A stretch of 64,000 nucleotides of DNA. Origin: Botryllus schlosseri. Lineage: Eukaryota. Location: contig CM119380.1 in assembly GCA_051294905.1 (NCBI GenBank), forward strand, positions 18,848,001 through 18,912,000, given 5' to 3'. Positions 15,201-25,295 of this stretch are shown here, piece by piece (the first letter of the stretch is position 1; the number at the start of each line of letters is the position of its first letter). The notes beneath the pieces were generated by a model, which saw nothing but the letters and a program-made list of their open reading frames with translations, did not search any database and was not told the origin of the DNA. The translations under genes were made by a program, and so were the position numbers.

Positions 15201-16081
15201 AAACGCACCATCATTGAATGATTGGTCGCGAACAATCAGAACAAATGCAAAATACAGTGATTTCTATCGACACCGATTACTTGATGACTCGAAATGGACT
15301 CGTGAATTTTGCTCCGAGTCACGAGTCAATCTATAATTCTGATACGCCGAGTCAAGTCAAGTCCTACAAAAAAGGTGACTCGAGTCTGACTGGAGTCAAG
15401 TCATGACTCTAGTCATCCCAACACTGCCATCTAGTCGATATGCTGCCTCTATATATCCATGGCATCATTCTCCTTGGGTGCTGTGCCGCCCTTACGAAGC
15501 AAGATTTAATATGCGTCCTTTCTCGCAGCCGTCCGTCGGCCAGGGACCGGCGCCGGAACAACAGAAGAGCCCCGTCGTCGCAGTCCGGCCAGGTGCCTCT
15601 ACACAGGACCCAGTCCGACAACTTCTCTCTCAACTCGATCAGTTCGCTGGCCACCCTCGACGTGGACCGCATCGCGAACAAAAACAGCAACAGACTCGAT
15701 AAGTTGCGTATCATACAAGGTACGTGAAAATTCCTGTGAACCGGGGGTGTCAAATGTTCAAGTAGAAGTGGAAGTAGTATAGAACATAGCCACTTGAGAA
15801 TTACTGACCATCTCTGCTCGATAATAGTCTCATTCGAAAAACACTATCAAGTCGCGATCTTTCAAGGTGACGACGTGTCTCTGACTGACCCCGACGATAT
15901 CCTGGACCGTTTCATCAAGCAAAAGGGCAACAGACCGCCTACCAACGAAGGTATGCGCGGGGCTGGCGCCTCCAGATATCGAGACTATGACCAGGCGCAA
16001 CTTGACACCAGGCCGCCGTCCGTAAACACTCTGGACACGGAGCCCTGGCTCAGACCAGAAACGGGACCGACTGTCGCCTAG
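142..16081 (+). CDS. CSPP1: Centrosome and spindle pole-associated protein 1 orthologue, 5'-truncated by the window, 20 exons
   Basis: join(142-250,316-468,3512-3634,3693-3841,3899-3959,4198-4297,5678-5825,5883-5955,6035-6110,7331-7435,8046-8330,11092-11204,11268-11368,11579-11690,12338-12466,13020-13148,13628-13709,13771-13916,15529-15719,15867-16081). All introns are GT-AG and phases are consistent (2600 nt, ending at TAG). Motifs recalled from CSPP1: [33 protein letters not shown], IEEKK coiled coil, ELSALRKQLRSEQRR, SLLEAETAYI, DPDDI, TEPWLRP. Confidence 0.9.
316..468 (+). CDS. CSPP1: CSPP1 exon (AKELDRVTGL...NRKVGK)
   Basis: cgcag acceptor, gtaaga donor, phase 2/2. Confidence 0.8.
744..3177. 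mobile_element. Non-autonomous hAT-type DNA transposon with long (about 265 bp) TIRs
   Basis: Ends TAGGGTTGTCCATAATT / AATTATGGACAACCCTA; 744-1009 is an imperfect inverted copy of 2911-3177; perfect 8-bp TSD GTGGTAGC at 736-743 and 3178-3185. Confidence 0.9.
1379..2275 (+). mobile_element. 3'-truncated copy of the CAGAGGTGG (AGTAGAAGT-rich) hAT-type element, nested in 744-3177
   Basis: Aligns by eye over about 900 bp with 30229-31250; no 3' TIR found. Confidence 0.8.
3512..3634 (+). CDS. CSPP1: CSPP1 exon (VPTFSDESSEEDDRPRR...PPQVG)
   Basis: cgcag acceptor, gtacgc donor, phase 2/2. Confidence 0.8.
3693..3841 (+). CDS. CSPP1: CSPP1 exon (YYPSPY...[17 protein letters not shown]...)
   Basis: ccag acceptor, gtacgt donor; CSPP1-like FYGARN motif. 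Confidence 0.85.
3899..3959 (+). CDS. CSPP1: CSPP1 exon (TGEEVPQRSKKSVKLNVPT)
   Basis: tttcag acceptor, gtacga donor, phase 1/2. Confidence 0.75.
4198..4297 (+). CDS. CSPP1: CSPP1 exon (LSQNES...EYQEELRRQ)
   Basis: cgcag acceptor, gttagt donor, phase 2/0. Confidence 0.85.
4513..5362. mobile_element. hAT-type MITE (CAGGGGTGG...CCACCCCTG)
   Basis: Matching termini and GCGGCC subterminal motifs; flanks match only 5/8 (ctctcact/tgctaact). Confidence 0.6.
5678..5825 (+). CDS. CSPP1: CSPP1 exon (IHEKNRQK...[21 protein letters not shown])
   Basis: ttgtag acceptor, gtgggt donor; hallmark GGGGAP motif. Confidence 0.92.
5883..5955 (+). CDS. CSPP1: CSPP1 exon (DLRQMHLENEEVLRDPTKSQQVM)
   Basis: ttaag acceptor, gtaagt donor, phase 1/2. 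Confidence 0.82.
6035..6110 (+). CDS. CSPP1: CSPP1 exon (EKLPQTNLYRAEERPVIDLSPRKNE)
   Basis: ttacag acceptor, gtactt donor, phase 2/0. Confidence 0.78.
6892..7070 (+). mobile_element. Degenerate tRNA-derived SINE-like sequence
   Basis: A-box-like TAGCTCGGCGGTTAG then tgcactggtc, resembling a tRNA 5' half; B box decayed. Confidence 0.35.
7331..7435 (+). CDS. CSPP1: CSPP1 exon (GALSPQFGRSNPF...YKDYLQKQ)
   Basis: ttccag acceptor, gtagac donor, phase 0/0. Confidence 0.85.
7490..8000 (+). repeat. GACTCGAGTC-rich dispersed repeat (CAGGGTTG-ended family)
   Basis: Similar to 10256-10735 and to the reverse complement of 1-75; ends TTGCAACCCTG. Confidence 0.75.
8046..8330 (+). CDS. CSPP1: CSPP1 exon, E/K/R-rich coiled coil (IEEKKRLEAERKEKE...)
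   Basis: tccag acceptor, gtgagt donor, 95 codons. Confidence 0.9.
8445..9788. mobile_element. TAGGG-ended non-autonomous element (hAT-like)
   Basis: Left end TAGGGGTATTCAAAAACGACCC...CTACTTGATAAAA has an inverted match of about 55 bp ending at 9703 and a 15-bp match ending at 9788; flanks tggaccgc/gtgaccgc. Confidence 0.65.
8704..9556. mobile_element. Tc1/mariner (pogo/Tc2-like) MITE nested in 8445-9788
   Basis: TIRs CCGTAATTTTC..GTATA; TA TSD at 8702-8703 and 9557-9558. Confidence 0.8.
10256..10735 (+). repeat. GACTCGAGTC-rich dispersed repeat copy
   Basis: Starts CAGGGTTG; aligns by eye with 7490-7900. Confidence 0.75.
11092..11204 (+). CDS. CSPP1: CSPP1 exon (TRSPPVPALRN...)
   Basis: ctttag acceptor, gtaaga donor, phase 0/2. 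Confidence 0.78.
11268..11368 (+). CDS. CSPP1: CSPP1 exon (PNQKVPRTPRP...PLK)
   Basis: ctaacag acceptor, gtgaga donor, phase 2/1; possible alternative acceptor at 11242. Confidence 0.72.
11579..11690 (+). CDS. CSPP1: CSPP1 exon (DSQRISRELSALRKQLRSEQRRVE...)
   Basis: cgcag acceptor, gtgagt donor, phase 1/2. Confidence 0.88.
12338..12466 (+). CDS. CSPP1: CSPP1 exon (NNDYLIDLSKARQKPV...EFTAYKH)
   Basis: cccag acceptor, gtatag donor, phase 2/2. Confidence 0.82.
13020..13148 (+). CDS. CSPP1: CSPP1 exon (PDDTAS...LERQQRALLAQQDRKLEDL)
   Basis: tgtcag acceptor, gtaagg donor, phase 2/2. Confidence 0.87.
13628..13709 (+). CDS. CSPP1: CSPP1 exon (NQAVMGGEKVVKRKPERRKPTKVQSSL)
   Basis: ccacag acceptor, gtggga donor; needed to bridge phase 2 to phase 0. 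Confidence 0.7.
13771..13916 (+). CDS. CSPP1: CSPP1 exon (GPSVAQSRASLLEAETAYIPV...)
   Basis: tttaag acceptor, gtaatg donor, phase 0/2. Confidence 0.82.
14540..15426. mobile_element. MITE with TIR CAGTGTTGGGAT and TGACTCGAGTCA-rich subterminal arrays
   Basis: Perfect 12-bp TIRs; 37-bp tandem unit starting at 14590, 14627 and 14664; TSD not preserved. Confidence 0.75.
15529..15719 (+). CDS. CSPP1: CSPP1 exon (RPSARDRRRN...FSLNSISSLATLDVDRIANKNSNRLDKL)
   Basis: ctcgcag acceptor, gtacgt donor, phase 2/1. Confidence 0.88.
15867..16081 (+). CDS. CSPP1: CSPP1 last coding exon (DDVSLTDPDDIL...TEPWLRPETGPTVA*)
   Basis: ttcaag acceptor, TAG stop at 16079-16081. Confidence 0.88.
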
Positions 16082-16270
16082 GGACCATCATGAATGCAGT
16101 ATTATCTTTGATCTCAGGCGTCAGCGATGAGACCGCGCTCCATCTCGATTTATTTTCCATTTTAGAATTCATTTAGAATTTTCCTTTTAAGAGCTTGTGT
16201 AATAATTTGTCACTGTACCACTGTATTTCTGCATCCCTGCGGTTGCAATCTTGTTTTTTTTTTATATGTG

Positions 16271-16276
16271 AATAAA
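16271..16276 (+). promoter_or_regulatory. Polyadenylation signal of CSPP1
   Basis: AATAAA about 190 nt after the stop codon, followed by T/GT-rich sequence. Confidence 0.55.
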
Positions 16277-17244
16277 GTATATTTGCTAGTATATTTGCGT
16301 GCATTTCCCGTTGGTATATTGCTGGGTTGCTACCAGAATTTGATCCTAGAACAGAGGTGCATAGTTTCGTCCTTCATCAGGCTAGTGATGTAGCCAGGGG
16401 GAATGGGCGAATGGTGCTTTTCCCCACTTGAGTTTTCGATTACAGCATAGTGACGCCATCTGTCTTCACGACCTGACAGTTTTATAATCATAATCACCGG
16501 ATTTGTTAAATTGTTCGCTCAAGACACGCCATGTACAATGCGATGTAATGAGCAGATAATAGAGCAGTGGTCGCCAAGCGCCAACCCATAACGACTCGCA
16601 GGCCACTTCTCAAATATGGTAGAGGCCGCCAAAACGCAGTATCGAGATAAAATCGTCCACACTTTTGCGTCAATATAACGCTGTGCTCTCGAACATGGAC
16701 CACTGGCATAGTACCATAAAGTATTATTTTATTAAAGAAATACCAATACAAAAAATATCATGATCACCAATTTTATGTCACTTTGAACTATGACCTGCGC
16801 ACGATACGTGACAACGCTTTTCAACGACTAAAGAATCGGCATTGGTGCTGGCGAGACACGGTACTGGTACTGGTGCGGATCGGATCGACAAATGCTCTGG
16901 TCCGACTCCGATCATGTTTTTCAATTCTCTGCCCCGGCTATGATCCGGCTCCGGCCGTATCAGGAAAAGTAGCCTACTGATCCGCCAAAAATGAAAAAGT
17001 CTGGCCGGATATCCATCCAGCTCCGGTCCATGCTCCGCCCTACGACGGTACGGTGGTTCCCCAAATTTATGAATGTGACTCGTTTATTTTCGCGCTGGCT
17101 TGGCGGTTTGACGGCTTGACGTGTGGTTGGTAGTTATTCAGTTACAAAAGTCATGCTTTTTAATTTAGATTCTGGCCAAAATTGAAAAATCCGGCCCCGG
17201 TCCATGCTCCGCACTACACGGTACTACCTGAAATACTGTGGCGT

Positions 17245-17455
17245 GGCGAGATAGCGTAGTGGTGTAATTCATCGCTACAACGCCAATGCGTTGCGGGTTC
17301 GAGTCTGACCAAGGTCGTCTCCAGAATTCCTGCCTAAGTGATGGACGTTTATCTACGGTCCTCCTTGCCATCTCTTCCGTGTAAGTGGTGTCTCATTAAA
17401 GCCTAGAAGTGGGCCGTGCTACAAGTCGGCAGCTATGGAATTAAAATAAAGAAGA
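17245..17455 (+). mobile_element. tRNA-derived SINE (Pol III A and B boxes)
   Basis: A box TAGCGTAGTGG (17252-17262), B box GGTTCGAGTC (about 17296-17305); cloverleaf stems do not pair; A-rich tail AATTAAAATAAAG. Confidence 0.6.
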
Positions 17456-18573
17456 TTGGCCTGGTGTGAATGACCATAGTAGTCGACAAACACCATGAAT
17501 ACCAAAAAACTAAAATTCCTGAAATACTATCTCCTTGTGAAGTTTGATATTCTGGGGAATCCCCAAGCCTTTTTTTAAATGGTCTCGGAATTATCTGGGG
17601 CATATGGGTCATCGTACGTCAAGGCAATATTTCCATTGCCCAATTGCCCGTTGATCATTCTTATCAGATAGGCCTAATTCTCCCTCGTTTGAATGCTGTT
17701 GCAATCGCCAAAGCCATTTCAGCTAGGCATGAATAGTGAATTAGTGATGTTCAACAGAGGAAATTAGCTTATTTTCAAACAGCAACAACAATATTTTGAA
17801 ATTATTTTCAGCATTTCAAAATGTTTTCTAGCGTCCTTATGAAATTTGAAAGCAGATCACGGGTCGCAAAATATGACCTCTCGGGACGCGTGTCGGTGAC
17901 CCCCGTATTAGACTGTGAAAACGACAAGTAGCCTAGCCTACGGTCTCCAAATTTAACACCCAGCTCGGCCTAGTGCCCAATGTAACAGTGTTCGAACATT
18001 TTCCAATCCGGGTGTCCATTTTTGGGCAAGTAGTTATTGCCTACGAGGTGTCCATGGTCTACATTTATTTTGACTGAATTTAGTGGGTTTTATAAGTCGC
18101 TTTAACGTCAACCTGTGTTGATATTTTATTTGGAATCTATCGGAATGGGTTTAAATATGCTGCAGCATAATCGCCACAATGATCATGGTTACGAACCTGT
18201 TACAACGTAGGCCTCCTTTACATAGGTTTTCGTTTATTTAGGCTAGTGTCAAAATCGTACAAGATGACCGTGACGGTGTTATCACAGCAACCCTGGATGG
18301 AAATATGAATATTGTAGGCCCACTATTCATTTCGTTCATTGACCAATACAGGCTGCTGCTCTCTAGGATATCATCAGTAGTTAGTATCCATACTGTAATA
18401 TTACCGATCTTGGTTGTTGTAGATATTGGATTTTGTACGAAGTATGCAATTACCCAAGTCGGTAAACACAGTAACTGTGTACCCTGAAGAATAGATAACT
18501 GCCCAAATACTATTGTATTGTCTCGGGAATTTTTTGACACAGGGTGGCAGTATATTTATGTATGTGGTTTGGC

Positions 18574-21500
18574 CAATGATATATATACAATGATTGGAAA
18601 CTACCGTGAGATCTGCGTTTCAGCGTGTTACTGGTCACGCTTCATCGCATACACAGTTGTGCTGTAAACAAAGGCTTCCTCAGCAATACTTCTTTGAGGA
18701 ACTAGCGATGATATATAATTCATTGGGTATATTTATCAGTGGCAATTAACGTTAACGTGTTGAATAGCTTTAAAAGTGCATTTCTTTCTCGCGTCTGGCA
18801 TTTTTCTTCTGATTATGCTAGCGGACCGCTGCCATATAAACGTTGATTCACGTACACGTACTTGGTACAGTCGTACACCTAGTTCACAAGATAAATTTCG
18901 CGCGTCATGCGCGTATCGTAAATCCAATTCACACATTGACGACTCGCAATTATACGCAATTCCCGTGATGTAGCCTTGTGACGACCAAAGAGGCTCATGT
19001 TCACACAGTCGTGGTCGTTCAACCTTTGTTGCAAGTGACACATCCTTCATTCCAACTTGCTAAATCAATGACATTATATATAACTAAATATCAAGCAGAC
19101 GTAGTTTTTAAAGGAGTAATTCTAGTTATTTTTTGAGTATTCGAGTAGGTTTGCCTACTTCCGCAGGTGATTGTTTTCATACTACTCACCAAACAAAAAC
19201 ATCACAACTTGTTTTTTTCCGGGGATATCTAGATCTCCTGAGTTTTGAAGGTTTTTGAAAATAGCACGCACATATTTAATGGCCATTTTGCGGCAGTCAC
19301 TAAGCTTAACCCTGCAATTTCAAAAGTGACTATTTCCAACTGACTCAGAGCGAACAACCAAATCTACTTTTAGAACTTTTTAAAAGTACTATACCGATTT
19401 ATATTTTCGCTACTTCTATTTGAACCTGAGTAAATCATTGTAGCAATACTTCCACTACTTCAGTAGCAACGCTGCATACATCACCCACCTCTGAAAAAAG
19501 TCACCTATCCATGATCATTCCACAAAATCTCGATGCCCTACAATACAGAATTGAATTTTCAGGATTCCATCATGTTATGTAAAGAAATACATACACTTCA
19601 CAGATATAGAACATTTACGAATACATAATTTAATCCTCAAATCCCTAATTCATGTGTATATGACCGAAATAATGATGCAGGCATTTGAAAAAAGTAACAT
19701 TAATATGCAACTGTACAGAACTAGACCAATGCAAAAATAACCATGTGGACAACAAAAACAGTTTATGCCTGATTTGTTAAGCAATAACAGTGCTAGATAC
19801 CAAGTTTTGTCATCTTCAACTTGGGAAAAGTATTTGGATGATGTCCTTAATAATGCAGCAGTACACTCGCTTTCGTTGGCTCAAGAATGGCCAAATACGA
19901 CCCGAATGATGCCGTATCTACTCTTGATGAAATCTGCCTTGTTTAGCTATTTGTCCATCTTTGCTTGCTCTTGCCCGAATCATTGGTAGGATGGGGAACA
20001 TTCTTTTTCCGTAATTTTACATGATATCAAGGTGTCACCAAATTCATTAATATCTGTAAGTGCAGAATAAGGATTCGGCTATTTGACCGTACTTGTCCAT
20101 GGTTAGTAAACGCATAAATGGTTATCGAGACTCAAGAATTTTTTGGTTTCCCAAGTTGCTGTTCCTTCAGCACAAGAATCTATCCATTTTCGCATTTTAG
20201 GCAAGAAATCATTTTCCAGCCAGTCCAAGCGTGAATCGTCTGGACTGCAATATGGCTTCAAGTTGGCGTTGTAGCTGAACTTGGTTGATGTATTCATAAT
20301 GTCGAACCACTTGTAAATACCGGCAAACCATGCAGAAGCTTCTTTAGCCTCACCTCTCCTGCTCGCATAATACGCGCAACACTATTAGAGAGAAGCTGAG
20401 CTGCAAAAATCTCCCGCATCTTTGCCAAGCTTTGCATATGAAAATGTGCATCCGTCAATTTGCCGCATCTCAATTCCGTCAGTTCAAACAGCCGTAAAAT
20501 GCCGCCATCGAATAAATTTACCATCCTTGTTGAGAAGTTTCGTACCACCAGTGCGGCTGGCGTAGAGGTTGTTGCGTACGCTCTTGGAACATCTTGCGAT
20601 TTGCACTGAGTCCATCAGCAACAAACGCAGATACCCGAAATCCACAATCCTCCAGGATGCCGACACATTTCCAGAATATAGGCCTACTCGAAAGTCGAAA
20701 TGAAGCCACCGACTTTGTTGCGCAGTATGCCAAGGGTTTGGAAACGGACGTTACCAGACCACTGGCATAAACTTGAAGAGCGTGTGTAGCTGCATGGTTC
20801 ATCATCATCTACAGGTCTTGACTCCCCAAGATCAACGAATCCTACCATTCCGTCTTTCGTTGTACTGAATACAATATTCTCTTTCACTGAAAATGCAAAA
20901 AATCAGAAGTAGTTAGACACATGAAACATCACCGTGAACAGCATTGCTGAAATATTCGCGGTGAAGATTTCGACACAGCTATAAAGTCATGAGAACACAA
21001 TCTAGCCAATTTACAGGCAAATTCAAGGTTGGAATTGCTCCAATTTGCAATTTTATCGATTTGTGTCCTATACGCAAGAGCAAATGCATTAGACATTAAA
21101 ACGAAACTCGTTTCAACAGCTTACCAGTCAACTACCATAGGAATCAAAATATATAGCCAAGGTAGCCCACCACTCTGTAGTGCTTATGCAATGATGAAGA
21201 GTAAGCTACAGTATAGAATCATTTCCTCACCTTTCAACAAATCAGATGTCGCGAATGAAGTTCGCAAATCTTCAAATCGCCTTTTTTGTACAATTGATCC
21301 AGCCACGATATTGACGCATGCTCCTTATAAATTTCTCAAGGTTTTCCGCCCATTCATATTTGGCGCCAGTACAAAAACGTTTAGCTGAAACTTTAAACAA
21401 ATGCGCATTGGCAGAGGTTTTAGCACACCCTAGTATGCAACACTATCTCACATCTGACGCAACCAACTATTCATCAATCAACTATTAGTGAGAAAAAAGA

Positions 21501-22011
21501 GTTATAAATATTATAGTAGCCTTCAATAAAATTGCTTTCTGTTAAATGGGTCTCATCGAATTTTCAGGTTGGCCACCCACCAGCAATAAGATTATTCACA
21601 AAAGCATCTTAATCAGTTTCGCTTTCAAGAATCAGATGGCGTAATTGATGCTTTAAAATGTTCGAATCTCAATCTGTCCTAATTTTCCAAGCTTTTTTAC
21701 GCTCATCCACAGGTACTAAAACCTAAGCAGCTAGTCAGTACCTGAATATTGCGCATTGGCGGAAGTTTGATTAGACCTTAGTATGCAGTACTGTCTCACT
21801 ATGCTCGCAAAACCTGTTAACAATCAACCAACAAACGAAAAAACAGTGGAATAACTGCCAGCAAAGGTGATAGCAGTACCCCACCACGGTTAACATTACT
21901 CAATGAAGTGTATGCAGTCAGCCTTATCCGCGCACACGCTGATTTCGGCGGGAGTAAACCTTACAGCGTTAGGGGGCGTGGCAGTTTCCAATCATTGTAT
22001 ATATATCATTG
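18574..22011 (-). mobile_element. P-superfamily (THAP9-like) DNA transposon, full length, decayed ORF
   Basis: Perfect 29-bp TIRs CAATGATATATATACAATGATTGGAAACT; 7-bp TSD GTTTGGC at 18567-18573 and 22012-22018; P-type transposase motifs on the minus strand. Confidence 0.92.
18736..21385 (-). pseudogene. Frameshifted, intron-containing THAP/P-element transposase
   Basis: THAP C-terminal half LKICELH(F)ATSD...GAIPTLNLP across intron 21068-21230; core motifs KENIVF..GMVGFVDLG, ATHAL, KPLAY, IFWKCVGILEDCGFRVSAFVADGLSANRKMF, KSVRNNL, KLTDAH..KM..AAQLLSNSVA, PYCSPDDSRLDWLENDFLP; several frameshifts and stops. Confidence 0.88.
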
Positions 22012-22351
22012 GTTTGGCATTTTATCCAAGTGGCGTCTAAATTGTTCGGGCTCCACATTTTGAAAGGCGATCAAGCAGTGGAGCAACTCACAGTCGCTCG
22101 GATCGAACTTACTAATGAAGACGGTCCGATTCCTGCATACCATGTGATCGCAATGTCGTGACTTCTTCAAGTGCCCCTGTCTACTGCGGCAGTCGTTGTG
22201 AAAAACAATTTGTGACCAAATGGAAAGCTAGATGGCTATTTCAAATTCCATAAATATTATCGTAATACTCCGAACGACTACACTACGATGTGAGGGATCT
22301 ATATAGGGACTTGCCTTGTCGGCAGTGCTAATTTATATAGTAACTGGGGCC

Positions 22352-22847
22352 CAGGGCCGTATCTGTCACACCCCAAACCCCCCAATTGGGGGGGGGGGGT
22401 ACGAGCTCGAAGGGGGCCCAAAATTATTTCGTGAATTAGCATAAATTACGGAGTATTTTTTGAAAATGTATGCAACGCTCCGCGCGATTTCAAGTTGTCA
22501 AGTATCTTGATTTTGGGGTACTCTTCCCCCAAGAAAAAATACCCAAGATTTAAAGAAATGAGCATATCGGCGTTGGCTATTACCGGGCCACGATACGCCA
22601 AGACATATAAAGTTTTAGGCCATGTAACATGCGACTCCAGGAAGTGTGCCAGAATGATCGACAGCGAGAAAACCTTGGCCGAAAAGGACTGTCCTAATGC
22701 TGACTGAAAACTTCGTTTTATATACAAAATACATATGGGATTAATTAGGAGCCTAAATGACTGGCGCTGAATGTTCCTGTCTTGGCATATGGGGGGCCCA
22801 AGACCAACGTTTTGGGGGAGGGCTGACAAAGTGCTGTTACGGCCTTG
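22352..22847. mobile_element. hAT-type MITE (CAGGGCCGTA...TACGGCCTTG)
   Basis: TIRs plus 8-bp TSD ctggggcc/ctggtgcc (7/8). Confidence 0.85.
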
Positions 22848-23383
22848 CTGGTGCCGGAGGTAGGCGTATGTGCGTTTAGTTATATCTTTCTTTGCCATTT
22901 TGTTAAACTGATATAGACGAACATTTATTTATTTGCTACATACCAGCATTACGCCTGGATTGCAGCTTACTTGAATGCCCCACCTCTTGAATGTGGTGGT
23001 ATCGCTTTCATTGTCTTTCCTGAATATTTGTTCAAACTTGAATGTAGCGAAATAAAAAATCTGTCTGTCTTCCATGTTTTCGTAAAATATTCCACATCGC
23101 GCACAATCGAATTCGCGATGAAATAGGCTGTGACACTCGTAGAAAAATTAACAACGAAAATTACTGCATTAGATCAGTGGATATGAAAACGGTGTACTTT
23201 CTTCAGTTCGCTATTTTGTACAGTTTCTAGGTGTACGGTGGTTACCATTACCAGGATATGATGATGGATTAGCAATGGCAGATCAGCGAAGTTGACAAAA
23301 TTTCTGAACTTGTCACGAGCCGAACAGCAAAATAGATTATAGATTTTTAACGTTCTCAGGTGTATGCACAGGACATTGTACAA

Positions 23384-23797
23384 CAGGGGTGGCCAACCTT
23401 TTCGGTCATAGGGCCACATGCACTTGACGAACCATTTCGCGGGCCACTAGCCGCGCGAAGCGCGTATTTTTTTCGAAGTTTACAGGTCAATAATATTATT
23501 GCTTGAGTATATTGCGGGTGTGCTGTATATCGCTGGGCTCTCAGTTTACAAGCACCGAACTATTCGGCGCCTGGTCATATCGATATCAAAAGCTTCGGTC
23601 AACATGCGCCAATCATTTTGTGCCCATGGGGTTTTCATCGTCGACGGTCTTTCTGCGAGGGCAAACAACTAATCATATTTTTGGTTGGTCTTGCAAGTTC
23701 ACAATTTGTGCATCCAATTTTGAAAATATTTCTGATTTCGGAAATTAGGTCGCGGGCCACTCAAAACCTTCTCGCGGGCCACGGGTGGCCGACCCTG
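23384..23797. mobile_element. hAT-type MITE (CAGGGGTGGCC...GGCCGACCCTG)
   Basis: TIRs, GGGCCAC subterminal repeats, TSD ttgtacaa/ttgtacag (7/8). Confidence 0.85.
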
Positions 23798-23835
23798 TTG
23801 TACAGTGTATATATATCTGCTGGTAATGATGCAAC

Positions 23836-23873
23836 AGTGGTAAGTTAGTTAGATAGTGGTAAGTTAGTTAGAT
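23836..23873. repeat. Tandem duplication, 2 x 19 bp
   Basis: AGTGGTAAGTTAGTTAGAT twice, exact. Confidence 0.9.
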
Positions 23874-25080
23874 TAATGTTAAATTGTTCGTGTATCTCAT
23901 ATCTCAGCGCAACAATGATGCAGCATTGGTCGAGAACACAATCGCAAGCACATTGACACACCAATGCGGCATTAGTGAAGAAATAACAAATTAGGTAAGG
24001 TGGTTTTCAACCTTTCACTATCATTACCAACATCCAATACAGGGCACATCCGGTTACTTCTCACTACACCGATTTCACCATAACGAGTCAGGAATATTAG
24101 TCAGGCCTGTGACTCCAAATTTAAACTTTGCCACCGACGATCCAGAATTCCCGACTATTCAGAGTCACTACTTTATAACAAAATAGTAAATGTGGTCACA
24201 TAATCCCCAGTGACCATACTACACAAATTCTCGATGCCCATTGTCCACTTTTTCTCCAACCAAGAATGTTGTCATTGAGAGCAGATGAATGCAGAAATAA
24301 GCTATGCGGCTTGTTTCTATCAAGTAGCATTAAACATCATTATTGCAATGCCATCCGTTAAAGATTACAATGACGCGTATTTTCGAAAGGGTTTCGCAAA
24401 TTTAATCGTGGAATTACGCATCAATGATAAATATGAACTGCCACGATCTTCATACAACGATAGACAATGGCTCTCACTCGTAATATAATTTGGTTCAACA
24501 AATGGCAGCAATCTAAACAAAGGCGGCGTAAAAGGTGTGCTAACTCATATAAAGTGGCAAATATAACTTTATGTATTTGCGTTTAAAGTAGTTTAAACCA
24601 AGACACATTTATGAAACTGTAGCGACGGTTTCCTGACTAGGGTCGGAGCATAGTCATTCTGACCGCAAATCTGCACAAGGGTGATTTCATCGTGGTATAT
24701 ACGAAACAAACTTATATCAGAATTGTTAAATGTAACGATTACATATCGTATTTTCGATGTGGGCTTGCTATATTACGACTGGACCGACATCTATCTCCAG
24801 AAAAATACAGGAATCGGCCTGTCCAACGATGTCATCACGCTTTTAATCGTCCCGAGTAAGAAGGTCTTCAGTATTGTTGGATTGGTTATGATGACCTCAG
24901 GAGCTCGCTTAGATGAAATTGCTGAATAATTGTGCCCTGAATTACAATACTTCTGTTGGCCTGAAAGTACTAGTTTTTTAGTTTTATGGTAAATAATAGA
25001 AATATATATGTATACAGGATATATTTTCACATTACTCCCTCTAATTGGAAGTTGTATCGGAATAATATATACTATGGTTA

Positions 25081-25130
25081 TTAAGCGATATCGGCGATAT
25101 TAAGCGATATTAAGCGATACTAAGCGATAC
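25081..25130. repeat. Minisatellite, about 5 x TTAAGCGATA
   Basis: Visible tandem 9-10-mers. Confidence 0.9.
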
Positions 25131-25272
25131 CCACACTTATGGTATCGGAAGCGCTGCTATTCAAACGTTTCAGGTCAGTGATATAAATTACGATTAACAG
25201 TGTTATGTATATTTATATATGTATTGAATTGTAGATTTGTGGATTTGGGTGTATGTAGCCTATCTTAACATT

Positions 25273-25295
25273 GAGAGAGAGAGAGAGAGAGAGAG
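25273..25295. repeat. (GA)n microsatellite
   Basis: About 11 GA units. Confidence 0.95.

Noticed and set aside
17245-17325. Functional tRNA gene
   Set aside because: A and B boxes are present but the acceptor, anticodon and T stems do not pair; called a SINE instead.
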